Sequence record: PQ349265.1
Strand: one strand, 5' to 3'
DNA from: Escherichia phage CJY920
Length of the DNA stretch: 64,000 nucleotides
Shown: in pieces, positions 1-11,500 of the stretch
Layout: every line of letters starts with the position of its first letter
Position numbering within the stretch: position 1 is the first letter of the stretch
Program-made: the position numbers and the translations under genes
Notes under the pieces: generated by a model
What the model was told of the DNA's origin: nothing
Database searches by the model: none
The model's input: only the letters and a program-made list of their open reading frames with translations

Positions 1-104
1 TCGGAATGTCATGTAAAATCGCTAAAAACGGTAATGTGTATCTTGACATTAAACGCTCAGCAGAAAACATTGAAGCTGTAATTACTATAGCATCTGAACT
101 GTGA
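1..104 (+). CDS. motA: MotA (middle-transcription activator), C-terminal fragment; 5' end outside window
   Basis: Frame ending at TGA 102-104 translates ...SCKIAKNGNVYLDIKRSAENIEAVITIASEL, which matches the T4 MotA C-terminus as I recall it; position upstream of arn/asiA fits T4 order. Confidence 0.6.
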   Translation, partial: GMSCKIAKNGNVYLDIKRSAENIEAVITIASEL

Positions 105-113
105 GGAATAATA

Positions 114-443
114 ATGAACAAGTTAGAAATTGTTAATGAACTTCGTCGTTGTGCAGAACCTACTCAAGAGGGATGGGACATCTGGTACCATGGGGCTTAT
201 CTTGGAACTATCGTAAAGATTAAGACCGGTAAATACATGATTATTCGTGAAAGTAAAGATGCTCCAGTAGGTATTCGCAATAATTTTATGGCAGCGATAA
301 GTTCATTTACGGATGCAGCTTACGAAATTTACCTTGCTGATTATAAAGAATTCCAGGAATCTCAACCAGTTATTCGCTCAATTGGTGTTAACAAAGCTCA
401 ACAGAAAACTTTGTGGCAGCGTATTAAAGGATGGTTTAAATGA
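114..443 (+). CDS. hypothetical early protein (109 aa)
   Basis: ATG ORF with GAGGA SD 6 nt upstream; tightly packed, same strand as motA-asiA early block. Confidence 0.5.
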   Translation: MNKLEIVNELRRCAEPTQEGWDIWYHGAYLGTIVKIKTGKYMIIRESKDAPVGIRNNFMAAISSFTDAAYEIYLADYKEFQESQPVIRSIGVNKAQQKTLWQRIKGWFK

Positions 444-901
444 ATCCATTTATTAATCGTTTAAAAATGCTGAATGTTCCTTTATCTCGTGAAACTCCAG
501 AAAGTCTTGTTCAAAAATTTAAAGCACATGGTTATAAATGCACAGAAGAAGATATTCTTGCAGAAGTTCCGGAAATTTGTTGGCAAACCGCATACTGGGA
601 TGAAAACCAAAAGTACCAACGACGGATTGTTTGCGCAGCCAACCGTTTTAAATTAAAAGATGGACGAACTCTTGTTATTCCAGGTGCTCGTCATTATTCT
701 AAAGATATGGCAGCAGTTTTAGATGTAGTTAAACCCCAATTAGTTACTCAGCAAGTTTGTGATGATGACCAAGGGTTTATTGACCAATATAGTAATTATT
801 GGACACGTGAAGAAGCAATGATTATTGCAACTTACGCTGGACAAGTACGTATTGAACGCGGTGGTAGTGAAAAAGAACTTTACTCTGAGGACCTTTACTA
901 A
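440..901 (+). CDS. hypothetical early protein (153 aa)
   Basis: ATG overlaps previous stop (ATGA); compact early-gene spacing. Confidence 0.5.
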   Translation: MNPFINRLKMLNVPLSRETPESLVQKFKAHGYKCTEEDILAEVPEICWQTAYWDENQKYQRRIVCAANRFKLKDGRTLVIPGARHYSKDMAAVLDVVKPQLVTQQVCDDDQGFIDQYSNYWTREEAMIIATYAGQVRIERGGSEKELYSEDLY

Positions 902-1197
902 TGAATATTAAAAAGTTTCAAATTGATGGAATTATGAATCAAATCCAGGCATTGGAATATGCCAATAAAATGATGTCAACCAATTGGGGAATTTATACCA
1001 ATGAACCGGCATTTCAGTTCTGTAATATGGAATTCACTAAAAAGCTCGTAGGAAAAGATTATGTATGTCCATTTAGTTCCCCAATAAATGGAATGCTAAA
1101 GCCTGCTTTACGCGATCTTTATATTGCGATGAACGAAGAAATGATAAAAGAACTAAAACGTCAACTGAAGGTGATTCAATTTGGCCAGGGAAATTAA
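901..1197 (+). CDS. hypothetical early protein (98 aa)
   Basis: ATG overlapping upstream stop (TAATG). Confidence 0.5.
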   Translation: MNIKKFQIDGIMNQIQALEYANKMMSTNWGIYTNEPAFQFCNMEFTKKLVGKDYVCPFSSPINGMLKPALRDLYIAMNEEMIKELKRQLKVIQFGQGN

Positions 1198-1399
1198 TTC
1201 AAAATCCGATTATTTTAATTCTCTCAATGATAAAAATAAAAATCTAATACGGCACTTTATCGTTGAGATGGGATATACTGATACACGTGATTTAAGAGAA
1301 CATATATTTGAATGTGGTGTAGCTAAAAAGTTTTCATTCACATGCAAATGTTTAAGAGAGGTAATTCAGCACTATGAACAATTTAGTCGCAAAACATAA
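1181..1399 (+). CDS. hypothetical small protein; start uncertain (TTG at 1181 or in-frame ATG near 1268)
   Basis: ORF-track start is TTG and overlaps previous ORF; coding status uncertain. Confidence 0.3.
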   Translation: MAREINSKSDYFNSLNDKNKNLIRHFIVEMGYTDTRDLREHIFECGVAKKFSFTCKCLREVIQHYEQFSRKT

Positions 1400-1482
1400 T
1401 TTTAATAAAGCTTCTGTTCATAAAGATAAGAAGAAAGCGTTTAAAGAATCTAATCGCAAACAGAAACATAAGGGGAAGGTCT

Positions 1483-1761
1483 ATGATTATTGATTCTCAA
1501 TCTGTGGTTCAATACACAATCAAAATTGATATTCTAGAAAAGCTATATAAGTTTCTACCAAATTTATACCACTCAATTGTTAATGAATTAGTTGAAGAAC
1601 TACATCTCGAGAATAATGATTTCTTGGTTGGAACTTATAAAGACCTCTCAAAAGCAGGATATTTTTACGTAATTCCAGCTCCAGGAAAAAGTATTGATGA
1701 TGTATTAAAAACTATAATGATTTACGTCCATGATTACGAAATTGAAGATTATTTCGAATGA
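1483..1761 (+). CDS. arn: Arn-like anti-restriction protein (92 aa)
   Basis: 92-aa ORF immediately upstream of asiA, same size and position as T4 arn as recalled. Confidence 0.65.
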   Translation: MIIDSQSVVQYTIKIDILEKLYKFLPNLYHSIVNELVEELHLENNDFLVGTYKDLSKAGYFYVIPAPGKSIDDVLKTIMIYVHDYEIEDYFE

Positions 1762-1922
1762 GTCATAATCTTGAAAAGGTAATCGAGCATAATGTAGCTC
1801 AGGAACGCGAGTCGTTCAAGGAATTCGTAGAAAAAATTTTTGAAGAAAATAACACAGACCAGTTTACAAATCAAGTGTCTGATGATATTATAATAAAGTC
1901 AACTAATTGAGTGGTATAGTTA

Positions 1923-2195
1923 ATGAATAAAAACATTGATACAGTTCGTGAAATTATTACTGTTGCGTCTATTTTGATTAAATTTTCCAGAGAAGATATT
2001 GTTGAAAATCGTGCTAATTTTATTGCATTTCTGAATGAGATTGGAGTAACGCATGAAGGTAGAAAGTTAAATCAGAATTCATTCCGTAAAATTGTTTCTG
2101 AATTAACCCAAGAAGATAAGAAAACCCTCATCGACGAATTCAACGAGGGTTTTGAGGGTGTATATCGATATCTAGAGATGTATACAAACAAATAA
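1923..2195 (+). CDS. asiA: AsiA anti-sigma-70 factor (90 aa)
   Basis: Translation MNKNIDTVREIITVASILIKFSREDIVENRANF... matches T4 AsiA as recalled; 90 aa. Confidence 0.9.
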   Translation: MNKNIDTVREIITVASILIKFSREDIVENRANFIAFLNEIGVTHEGRKLNQNSFRKIVSELTQEDKKTLIDEFNEGFEGVYRYLEMYTNK

Positions 2196-2852
2196 TTATT
2201 TAGCCCTTCCTAATATTCTGGCCGCCTGAGAACATATTGATTCAAGGCGGTCATTACTTATATGATCATTTCTATACCAGTACATGGTTATTGTTCCAGC
2301 ATAGATATTATCCAAATTGAAATATGGACAACTGTACATGTAATTTATTTCGGGAGTAGGCTTTTTAGTTGGTAAAAAAGCAAATTTTGAGTCGGAATAA
2401 TAATGACGTCCATTTAAATGAACTGTATATTCATCCATAGTTTTATCAACAGGATATCCTCCAAGTGATTTTTCGCTTATTGTTGAAGGTAATTTTCCTT
2501 CATATGCTATAATATCAACAAAATAGTTTAAGTTTTTAGGGCGGAAAGAATACACCGCACTAAAGTCTGCCTCAGATGATATATGAACTATCTGGAGTTG
2601 TTCCAGGGCGACAGATTCAAAGCGTGCATTTCTTTCCTTTTCAATAATTTCACTGTATGTTTCATACTTTGATTGCTTATAGTACTCAAAGAAACTATCT
2701 CCCCTATACCAAACAATCGCCATTATAAACAAAAGAATTACGACAGCTACCCGGGAAGCAAGAACTTTCCCGGTAGCGTTATCTTTGAACAAGCGATCTA
2801 GAACACCAAACAGAATATCAGAGGGCGAAAATGATATTCTAGGTGCTGCCAT
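2196..2852 (-). CDS. t: holin T (218 aa)
   Basis: Translation MAAPRISFSPSDILFGVLDRLFKDNATGK... with single N-terminal TM segment; 218 aa as in T4 t; downstream of gene 38. Confidence 0.9.
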   Translation of the reverse strand: MAAPRISFSPSDILFGVLDRLFKDNATGKVLASRVAVVILLFIMAIVWYRGDSFFEYYKQSKYETYSEIIEKERNARFESVALEQLQIVHISSEADFSAVYSFRPKNLNYFVDIIAYEGKLPSTISEKSLGGYPVDKTMDEYTVHLNGRHYYSDSKFAFLPTKKPTPEINYMYSCPYFNLDNIYAGTITMYWYRNDHISNDRLESICSQAARILGRAK

Positions 2853-2869
2853 AGACCCTCCTTTTAAGA

Positions 2870-2877
2870 TATTTATA
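2870..2877 (-). promoter_or_regulatory. late promoter TATAAATA for holin gene t, inside the 3' end of gene 38
   Basis: Plus-strand TATTTATA 18 nt upstream of the t start codon. Confidence 0.6.
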
Positions 2878-3424
2878 CGTAATGCTTGAATAAACGCTTA
2901 TACCAAGGCTTCTGTTCTTTTTCAGGCCATGAAGGGAATTCACCACCTAAATGCTCATGCTTTTCTAAAAGAGCAAAGAACCGCTTAAGGTTTTTATAAT
3001 AAAATTTTTCCTTTTTATTGGCGACAGAAGCTTCAATCATATTATTTAAAACTTGGAACTCTTTATATAATTCTTCAATTTTTCTATTACGAATTAAAAC
3101 TCGCTTATATGTTTCGTCTTCTTTCCAACCGTCATCAGTCCATATATCAAATTCGCCGGGCTCATCAAAAGTTATACCAACCGGGCTTCCAATGTCACTT
3201 ATAAAAATTTCTTCTTTATTAAAAGTCCATGCCCGTTTGCCGCGATGGTCTTCTTCATAAATCCAATCTTGAGTACGTTCATCAAATACAACCGCGTATC
3301 CTTCTTTAGGTTCTAAAGGTTTTTTAATTGTTGAATGAGCAGGAAGACCGAGGCCTTTAATCGGTTTGTAATTTTCTTCTTTGTAAAATTCTTTAGTGTC
3401 AAAATAATAATGATATATTTTCAT
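2873..3424 (-). CDS. 38: gp38 tail-fibre assembly chaperone (183 aa)
   Basis: 183 aa, directly after gene 37; preceded by the characteristic SD-hairpin-AUG split RBS. Confidence 0.85.
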   Translation of the reverse strand: MKIYHYYFDTKEFYKEENYKPIKGLGLPAHSTIKKPLEPKEGYAVVFDERTQDWIYEEDHRGKRAWTFNKEEIFISDIGSPVGITFDEPGEFDIWTDDGWKEDETYKRVLIRNRKIEELYKEFQVLNNMIEASVANKKEKFYYKNLKRFFALLEKHEHLGGEFPSWPEKEQKPWYKRLFKHYV

Positions 3425-3454
3425 ATTTAGAAGGGGCCGAAGCCCCTCTCCTTA
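3425..3454 (-). promoter_or_regulatory. split ribosome-binding site of gene 38 (SD - UUCG hairpin - AUG)
   Basis: Minus-strand mRNA UAAGGAGAG-GGGCUUCGGCCCC-UUCUAAAU-AUG; the gene 37 stop UAA overlaps the SD. Confidence 0.75.
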
Positions 3455-6400
3455 TGCTAAACGAACGATATAGTTAAAAGCAATGTTTTTAACCGTGTTT
3501 TCTGTATTACCTGTACTATTTACAGTGATAGTATGACCGTGCGAACCAATTGCTACCGTGTGGGTATGGGCACCGATACCTACAGTATGGGTATGAGCAC
3601 CTATACCTACAGTATGAGCATGGTTACCGGTGGTGTTAGTTACACCTGTCCAAGTTCTTGATGCGTGGAAATCAACGGGAGCGCCATAAGTGAAGTTGGA
3701 ACCTGTGAAGCCGTGTGAAGCCTGACTACTACCCATCACGAACGCTCCACTCGCGGTGTAGAATGAACTATTATCACTTCTGAACCAACCAAACACACCA
3801 GAGATTTCCATGTTACCTCTATCGTGAGCGTGGTTTCCAGTAGTATTGGTCGCTTTAGTACCATAATCAAATGATGAAGAGGTTTTAGTACCATAATCAA
3901 AACTTGATGTGGTTTTAGTACCCAAATCAGTATTAGATGCAGAAGCACTATGATTATGAGACTTAATACCATCAGCTTCAGCACTCAACACTGCGCGACC
4001 GCTCGGTTTACCTTTGATAGTTTGCCCACGCATATCTGGAATAACACCACTAGGATATGCAACAGCTAACTTAGGATATGCAGACTTATCAAAGGTTTGG
4101 CCTTCCATTAAAGCAAACCCGTCAGGAACTGAATCGCTCGGCCACGGAATTGGAGCACCTACCGGATAAGGTATCTGAGCATCGGAATACATCTTATACA
4201 CTTGTCCAAGTACATGGTCTGCAGGTAATTCTTCTACCGGTGATTGAGATGCACCATTAAGACCGATTACCGAAATATTGCTAGTATTTTCTGTAGCATC
4301 ATATTCAACCAATAAAGATTGGGCAAAAGAGCCCATGTATATGTATACATCATAATCATTACCAGATGTATTCACTGTAGCAATGTTTGACGGGCTGGTA
4401 CTAGTGCTAGACCACAGCGCCGCATTAATAGATTTAGGATTATTGTTACCAGTTCTAAGAACAATTTCACTTATGGATGCTTGTTCAGGAGAATTAGCAT
4501 TATAACCATTCCCGCCGATAATTTTGAAACGCGCGGTAGATGTAGATTGTGGCATTGTTACAGTAGCAAATTTGTACCAGTACCAGCCTACTACTTTATC
4601 AACACCTGACCATGTGCCAACATTAACTTTGCGGTTTAATGTGGTATTCAAGTTAGCAAAGTTTCCTGAACCACCAGTGATATTACCGTCAGTTCCTAGT
4701 TTGGTATTTCCAACTTTAAGAGGCTTAGTAATATCGACAGTATCAGAGTTTAATGCAATGCCATGGGCGTAGGTGTAATTATGCATACGAACAATGTTTC
4801 CACCATCACCAATACCTACATACCATTTTGTAACATCTGCTTTGCGTCCTTGGATGAAGTTAGAAGACTCTTGTGTTGGAGCATTTATTCTAATAGCATC
4901 GGCGGCAGTATTAACTGTTATACGCTGAGATGCTGTAGTACCTGATGTATCTACTTTAAACTTGCCCACGCCAATATCAACAACGTGTTCCATAGAAACT
5001 GCGCCGGTGCCTAACTCAATACTAAACGGGCGAAGTGGACCGATATCGCCATGTTTACCTTCACCGTAAGCAGTTGGAATAATATGAAGACTGCCTTCTG
5101 AACGTCTAAAAATGGCTCCATAATCTGCGTTCCAAATGCGAAGACCATTTACAGCATTTGTCGCGATTTCACCGGCTGCGCTGATTGTACCGTCAAATGT
5201 AGCATTTTTTACTACTGTAAAGTTTTCATTAACAATCTGGGTGCCATTTATAACCGATTCGACTTTACCCGCAGTTGTTCGTTGAATATAGCTCATCCAA
5301 CTAGTTGCGTCAGAAATTTCCATGACATTTTTACGGGTGCCTTCACTAGGATTAGTAAAGGTATTACCCCAAACTTTGATTTCCACATTATCAACTGAAC
5401 TATAACCGCTTGTATTTCCTTTGAACAACAGCGTAGAAGCATTATTACGACCATCAATATTAACCGAACCACCAATAACGTCAATATTGCCTGGAGTAAC
5501 TAACAAACCGCCATGAGTATTAATGTTTGTGGTACCTTTACCACGGAAATAGTGATGATAATTACCGCCTTGATAATATCCTAAAAGAGTCTGACCGTCA
5601 CCATACGCGTTATTATCATGATAAGTGACAACCGTCGCCAAAGCATAGTTTTCCGACGGAGGAGTGGTTAAATCGGTACCGTTTACAGAATAACCCATAA
5701 CCATTTTTCTAAGACTGGTGGTTTCTGCCGGGCCACTCAGGAAAGTTCTTGTGCCGTTGTTTACACTAAAGAAATAACCATCTTGGTGCCATTGTAAGCC
5801 GGTATCATTATCGCCAAGAGCAATTGAAGCTGTTCCTAATTCAGAATATCCTTTAGGGCCGTGTGGAAGACCTACAGAAACAGAATGACCTGCTTTCAAT
5901 CCACCAGACCAAGTAAATGACCAAAGATAGGCGTCTAATCCATCGCCGGCATACCAGGTTATTCCATCATTATCTTTAACTTCATGGAATATACCCGCAC
6001 CTACGGCATTACGCATAACACGAAGATGATTAATAGCGGTTTCGCTTTCTGCCAATGGGGTGTTATTTGCTAATGAATAGATATCATAATCGCCTGTCTT
6101 CTTCCCATTTGTAATAACTTTATCGGTCAGAATTTGTGGAGACGAAATAGATTTCCATGCTGATACTTCAGGTGAAGTAAATAGGCCACTGCCTGAAAAT
6201 GCATAAGTGCTTTCGTTACCAGCGGCGTAGTCTTGAACGCGGATATTAACTACTTGTGTAGTTAATCCATCATTAGCCGGGGCATAAATGATTCCACGTT
6301 CGCGACTATTGCCATCGAAAAAACGAACATGCGCTGTACCTGAACTTTTTGTAATAAGTTCTCCGCCTTCGGTCATAATCTGCCCGGCGGCAATAATATC

Positions 6401-6688
6401 GCGAGTTACTCGAGCAATACCAGTTAAATTAAAATTACCTGTCTGAGTGAAGGTGCCATTTAAACTATAATCACCAGTTTGATTATAGTTTCCTATATGA
6501 ATAACATTCCCGTCAATACTACCGCCCTTAGCAAAACCAAGATCAATGATATTTCCTTGGTCGTCTTTAGTAAAAAGTACGCGGTCTTTTAAGTTTATAG
6601 CCAATTCACCTTCGGCTAATACTGAAGCGGCAGGACGTGCTCCTGCAGTTTTGCTTCTTTTAAATTGTATTTGTTTTAAAGTAGCCAT
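3452..6688 (-). CDS. 37: gp37 long tail fibre distal subunit (1078 aa)
   Basis: N-terminus [13 protein letters not shown]...; C-terminal His boxes ([16 protein letters not shown]); position between 36 and 38. Confidence 0.9.
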   Translation of the reverse strand: MATLKQIQFKRSKTAGARPAASVLAEGELAINLKDRVLFTKDDQGNIIDLGFAKGGSIDGNVIHIGNYNQTGDYSLNGTFTQTGNFNLTGIARVTRDIIAAGQIMTEGGELITKSSGTAHVRFFDGNSRERGIIYAPANDGLTTQVVNIRVQDYAAGNESTYAFSGSGLFTSPEVSAWKSISSPQILTDKVITNGKKTGDYDIYSLANNTPLAESETAINHLRVMRNAVGAGIFHEVKDNDGITWYAGDGLDAYLWSFTWSGGLKAGHSVSVGLPHGPKGYSELGTASIALGDNDTGLQWHQDGYFFSVNNGTRTFLSGPAETTSLRKMVMGYSVNGTDLTTPPSENYALATVVTYHDNNAYGDGQTLLGYYQGGNYHHYFRGKGTTNINTHGGLLVTPGNIDVIGGSVNIDGRNNASTLLFKGNTSGYSSVDNVEIKVWGNTFTNPSEGTRKNVMEISDATSWMSYIQRTTAGKVESVINGTQIVNENFTVVKNATFDGTISAAGEIATNAVNGLRIWNADYGAIFRRSEGSLHIIPTAYGEGKHGDIGPLRPFSIELGTGAVSMEHVVDIGVGKFKVDTSGTTASQRITVNTAADAIRINAPTQESSNFIQGRKADVTKWYVGIGDGGNIVRMHNYTYAHGIALNSDTVDITKPLKVGNTKLGTDGNITGGSGNFANLNTTLNRKVNVGTWSGVDKVVGWYWYKFATVTMPQSTSTARFKIIGGNGYNANSPEQASISEIVLRTGNNNPKSINAALWSSTSTSPSNIATVNTSGNDYDVYIYMGSFAQSLLVEYDATENTSNISVIGLNGASQSPVEELPADHVLGQVYKMYSDAQIPYPVGAPIPWPSDSVPDGFALMEGQTFDKSAYPKLAVAYPSGVIPDMRGQTIKGKPSGRAVLSAEADGIKSHNHSASASNTDLGTKTTSSFDYGTKTSSSFDYGTKATNTTGNHAHDRGNMEISGVFGWFRSDNSSFYTASGAFVMGSSQASHGFTGSNFTYGAPVDFHASRTWTGVTNTTGNHAHTVGIGAHTHTVGIGAHTHTVAIGSHGHTITVNSTGNTENTVKNIAFNYIVRLA
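3555..3615 (-). repeat. tandem ~27-bp repeats encoding the gp37 C-terminal His boxes
   Basis: GTGTGGGTATGGGCACCGATACCTACA / GTATGGGTATGAGCACCTATACCTACA, encoding repeated (A/S)HTHTVGIG units. Confidence 0.7.
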
Positions 6689-6696
6689 AAGTCCTC

Positions 6697-7353
6697 TTAA
6701 TAATAGCCGAAATCTTGAACAGAATCCTTAATAACAATTTGATCAAATCGTGGAACATGTGAGGGTTGAGATGCAGGATTCTGTGAAAAAAGGTTTGGCG
6801 CAGTTAAATTTCCTGTCATAGTATCTCCAGAGCGTAATACCCTAGAGTTTGCGTTTGCTGTAACAATATTTATTGCTCCATCAACATAATCTTTCCGTGT
6901 AAGGTCATAATTATTTACTGGAGATAATGAAGCTGCGCGTATTTGTGATGCTTCAATTACACCCTTTGAGCTAATATCTCCATTTCGCGTGTTAATTACT
7001 ACAGTTCTACCTGCTGTTCCTTGTGATGATTTAAAACCAATACCATGCCACGAAACAATATCCATATTTGTAGTATCATACGTGGCATTATCACCAGGAC
7101 CAGCAAAAATACCATTGTCACCTGACCCTGCACCAGGAACAGTCATTCCTTTATTAAAAATTACTTTATTTAAATACGTACCACCATTAGCTTTAGAAAC
7201 GAAATCGTTATCAGTAGCTTGTGGTTTATTATATTCTGAATATATTTTAAATGATTTATAGAGTACATCGTCACCGGCTGGATTCAATGGAAAATTTCCT
7301 TGATGCCAAATGACAGAGCCTCCAGTTGTTGAACCTACTTTTAAATCAGCCAT
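6697..7353 (-). CDS. 36: gp36 long tail fibre hinge subunit (218 aa)
   Basis: Size and position between genes 35 and 37; own late promoter upstream. Confidence 0.85.
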   Translation of the reverse strand: MADLKVGSTTGGSVIWHQGNFPLNPAGDDVLYKSFKIYSEYNKPQATDNDFVSKANGGTYLNKVIFNKGMTVPGAGSGDNGIFAGPGDNATYDTTNMDIVSWHGIGFKSSQGTAGRTVVINTRNGDISSKGVIEASQIRAASLSPVNNYDLTRKDYVDGAINIVTANANSRVLRSGDTMTGNLTAPNLFSQNPASQPSHVPRFDQIVIKDSVQDFGYY

Positions 7354-7376
7354 TGTATGCCCCTTTATTTTAATAG

Positions 7377-7410
7377 TATTTATAAAGAAAAAGGGAACCC
7401 GAAGGCTCCC
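7377..7410 (-). promoter_or_regulatory. terminator hairpin after gene 35 followed by late promoter TATAAATA for gene 36
   Basis: Minus-strand GGGAGCC-UUCG-GGUUCCC then UUUUUCUU then TATAAATA (7377-84). Confidence 0.65.
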
Positions 7411-7415
7411 TCAAT

Positions 7416-8531
7416 TTAAACTTCTCTAAATTCTTGCCCAAACACTTTACCAGTTTTAGACGATGCTTGCGTAGGAAGTACCATTATATCCGGAGGTGAA
7501 GCAGATTCACAGACATAATTAACTCGAATACCATTGACGCCAAATTCAGCAGGTTTTGAAATTCCGCCATTTCTTGATACTTCAGAAAAGCTTAAATTTC
7601 TCATGCCGCCTTGACCAGCTTGAGCAGTTCTTTGTGCATATATTGTAAATCCTACTGCGTTTTCTGGAATAACTACATAATCTTCCTTTAATTCCCATGA
7701 CCCAGCTTGTCCAGTAAACTCAGCATGTGTTGAAGAAATATATCCATTCGATTCATCATAAAAACGGATAGATATATTTGTAGTTCCAAGCGCAAGTAAA
7801 TCGGCATCAGCATATAACTGTGCTTTAAGATAAAGAACATCGCCAGGAATTAAATTATAATCAGATAATTTACTTATCGCGGATGAAGTTGGTAAACGTG
7901 CAATTTCGTTATTAGTTCCACCAACCGCTGACATAAATTGCTCAACGCTTTCATATGTTCTTTTAGGAAATCCTGTAGCTCCAACGTCTTCTAAACTATC
8001 AAATACAACATCTAAAATAGTTTGATAATCATCTGTGCTTTTTCTATTGCTTAATTTAACATGTTCTAATGCAATAGCTCTTTTAGAAGAAGTGTAAAAA
8101 GCAGCATATGATACGTCAAATCTTGACAATATAAAATCAGATGGAAAAGCAGACGTTCCTGTGGCTCTTAGCCAAGATACTACCTCAGGAGGAAAATTAA
8201 CCTTTCCACTAGTTAATATAGCAACAAGTCTATTATTCGTCAAAGAGTTCATGAAACCAACAAAAGCAGCTGATGTAGTATCATTTGAAGTCGAAAAAGC
8301 ATATGACTTACTATCAACTAATGCTCCTGTAGAAGGGTCAAAAACTCTTAAATGAAGACCTGTATTAAATGTTTGGCTTCCGATAGGATTATCCTGAAAT
8401 TTGACATATGGTCCTGCTGTAGAAAGCGGGCAAGAACCCGCTATACTTATTTTGTATCTTACTGAATTACTTTCCGATAAAAATGGCGTTTGGACATATC
8501 CTTGTCCAAACTCTGCCATAAATTTTTCCAT
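7416..8531 (-). CDS. 35: gp35 long tail fibre hinge connector (371 aa)
   Basis: Size and position between 34 and 36. Confidence 0.85.
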   Translation of the reverse strand: MEKFMAEFGQGYVQTPFLSESNSVRYKISIAGSCPLSTAGPYVKFQDNPIGSQTFNTGLHLRVFDPSTGALVDSKSYAFSTSNDTTSAAFVGFMNSLTNNRLVAILTSGKVNFPPEVVSWLRATGTSAFPSDFILSRFDVSYAAFYTSSKRAIALEHVKLSNRKSTDDYQTILDVVFDSLEDVGATGFPKRTYESVEQFMSAVGGTNNEIARLPTSSAISKLSDYNLIPGDVLYLKAQLYADADLLALGTTNISIRFYDESNGYISSTHAEFTGQAGSWELKEDYVVIPENAVGFTIYAQRTAQAGQGGMRNLSFSEVSRNGGISKPAEFGVNGIRVNYVCESASPPDIMVLPTQASSKTGKVFGQEFREV

Positions 8532-8539
8532 AATACCTC

Positions 8540-11500
8540 TTATTCAACCCATTCAAATTTAACCGTTTTATTCACTGGGTCAGGAATAATGCGAACATTA
8601 CCAATTCGTAAGAAATCACGAATAGTAAGATTCCCCATTGTAGCATTATCAGATGGTAAAGCACCAATATCAGATGGTTGAGGAGGGTTACCTCCATCAA
8701 ATACCTGAACAAAACTTGACCAGGAGTTTTTGGTTTTCTGCCATGTGCGTGTCCAGCGAGTGGTGCGCGCTTCTGGAGTCGTTGGATAAGTAATCCAATC
8801 TTGGTAAAGCGAATCAAGTGTGTTACCAAACTGAGTTAATGTACCAGGAGATTTAACTTCTTCGCCACGTTCTAAGTATGGAAGTCCAGTCACTTCATTA
8901 GTTTTTTCAACCATTTTAAAATAACCCGGGAACTGGTTATAAGTAGCTGAATCATTAATGTCAATTGACCAGAATCCTACAGTATCAGATGTTGGCGCAC
9001 GGGTGTATAGGTCAGATGTTTTAGTACCTTGAGAACGAATTCTCGAGTTAACAGTTAAACCACCTGAATTTATAGTAGCACCTTTGGCAATGATTAAGCT
9101 TTCACCAATCGTTACTTGACCAGATGCATTATTAATAGCTAAAGGACGTAATCCATTAAATCCGCCAGTCTGATCGCCCGATGCAGTAAGCATAAAATAT
9201 GTGCTTCCGCCATCATTCCTGATAAAGAATCCATAATTACCATTTATTGCTCTGAAAGCATTTGCAGACTTGCTAATGAATCCACCATTGGCTGTAACTG
9301 AACTACCGAATGTTGCAACACCATTCACATTCATCAAACCGGAAGCGTTAACATTTATTGGCATTACAGTACCATTAATGCTAAACGCTATATTACCATC
9401 TTTATTACGTTGAGAATAAAAGTGATGAGATGTTTCATCGCCAACTTCAAACACGGTAGAACGAGTCGTATCCGAGCCGCCGTAAAACTGATTTCCCCAT
9501 ACTCTGATAGTCATCGTCTGTGCTGGGTTAGTTCCAGTTTGAGGTCCTTTTTCAAAAATCAGATGAGTTTCTGTACGAGTTTCTGTTCCAGAGTTAGAAA
9601 TAGTTAATGTACTATTTGCCGAAACTGAACCACCAAACGTAGCAGTACTAGATGATACAAGAGGGGCACTCAGATTCGTTTGTTGGGTTAAGGTTAGTGA
9701 ACCATTAACCGTCTGTGCAATATCCCTACGAATGAACTGAGATGAATCTAGACCATCCAGTAAATTTGTATCAGCAGCTTTTGCTTTTAACGGCAAATAA
9801 TTTGCTAATACACGGTTTAATTCATATGGTGATACCGCATAGCTATTTTTCTCATATGATTCTAATGGCTGTGTTGAACCTACCGTATCATTACCAACGA
9901 ATGTAATTGAACCAGATGAAGTTTTAACAAAACCTCTTATCGCAGTAGTAGCTGCCCAGGTAGGTTCACTCTGCACAATCCACTTTAAATTTTTTGGAGA
10001 TACAGCAGTATTTGCTGATGTTCCAGTCACAGTTTCAGACTGAGTCGCAACTTTAATAACACCTTCTTGCGATTCGGTAGATTTAGTACCTAAAAGCTTT
10101 TTAGGAGTTATCAAAACATTATCCAATGTTCCTGCAGCAGCTTCAACTTGTGTAGCTACACGAAGTGTACCACGCTGTGTCTCATTTGCTTCAAGAATAT
10201 TAAGGGTATAATGGTCCCAGAGAGTTCCTGATTCAACTAATCCAGATAGAGCAACAACAGAAGTACGATCAGTACTATTAAATCTAGTTTTAATTTTTAA
10301 TGGTGTAGAGATACGAGTATCGTCGACGCCTGCGTCGAATTCAACTTGAGTAGCAATTTCAGCTATACCACTTAAACTTTCAGTTGCTCTACGGTCATTT
10401 AAAGTTTTAGGAGTGACTGCACGAGTATAATCAGTCCCAGCATTAGTTTCTGCTTGCGTAGCAATTTCAATTAAACCAATTCTTCCATCAGTTGATGTCT
10501 TTTTATGTAACGTTTCTGGCGTTACAACCGCATTTGCCCATCCTTCTTGACTTTTTCCAGCAATTACTTCACTTTCAACTGCTAAAATTACTGCACCTTG
10601 TTGTGTTGGAGTAGCTTTATACTGATCCAAAGCTTTAGGCGAAACAACTAAATTATTAGTGTTTTTATTATAAACATTCGTACCATTTAATTCACGGCTA
10701 GAAGCTGGAGTAGCACCTGCAGTAGATACAAAAGTTACAATACCAGATAATGATTCAGAACCTTGACGAGCTTGAAGCTTTTTAGGAGTAATGATTGTAG
10801 TATCATCAGTACCTGCATTAGTTTCCTGTTGCGTAGCAATTTCAGCAACACCTCTGCGAGTTTCTGTAGCAGTTCTTTCATTTAGCTTTTTAGGAGTGAT
10901 GATAATATCATCAGCAAAAGAGAATGTGGTGTTCTGGTTCACTTGAGCGGTAGTTGCTATTCTTGCGATACCTCTGCGAGTTTCTGTAGCAGTACGGTTA
11001 GCTAATGTTTCTGGTGTAATTGCTAATTCTTTTTGCGGAGAATTTTCTAAATCGACGTTAGCTTGAGCTTGTGTAGCTAAAGCAATTACGCCTAATCTTG
11101 CTCTAGTAGAATCATTTAAAGAATCAACTCTTTCAACTGTTGGAACGTTTTGCTGTACTACCCAGTATTTTCCGTCAGAATCTTCTATATAAGCAAGTTG
11201 TAAAACTGGAACATAATTAGTTTCACCGTTAAAAACTAATTCTTGAACAGTCACCCATTCAGCTTCAGGCGGATATTCTGAACGTTTTGGGAATTGCAGC
11301 AATTGAACTGAAGAAGCAATTTTATCTTCATCAGCAGCTTTGATTTTAACTGTTTGTCCTTTTCTCATGTAATTCATGGAAATTTTAACAGTATCACCAA
11401 CAGAAATATCAGTCGGAAGCTGAAGTTCAATTGTCTGAGCTGTTCCGTTATTCGCACCAAATACCATAACTTCTTCATTTGGACGAATATTAGAATTAGT

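Noticed and set aside
3520-3620. Tandem 27-bp repeats that could superficially resemble a CRISPR-like array
   Set aside because: There are only two to three units, no unique spacers, and they lie in frame inside gene 37 encoding His boxes; this is coding repeat structure, not CRISPR.
3736-5484. Several 60-85 aa ORFs antisense to, or out of frame within, gene 37 (3736..3984, 4078..4260, 4524..4772, 4763..4945, 5293..5484)
   Set aside because: They lie wholly inside the well-supported gp37 frame, lack SD sequences and have low-complexity composition; typical shadow ORFs.
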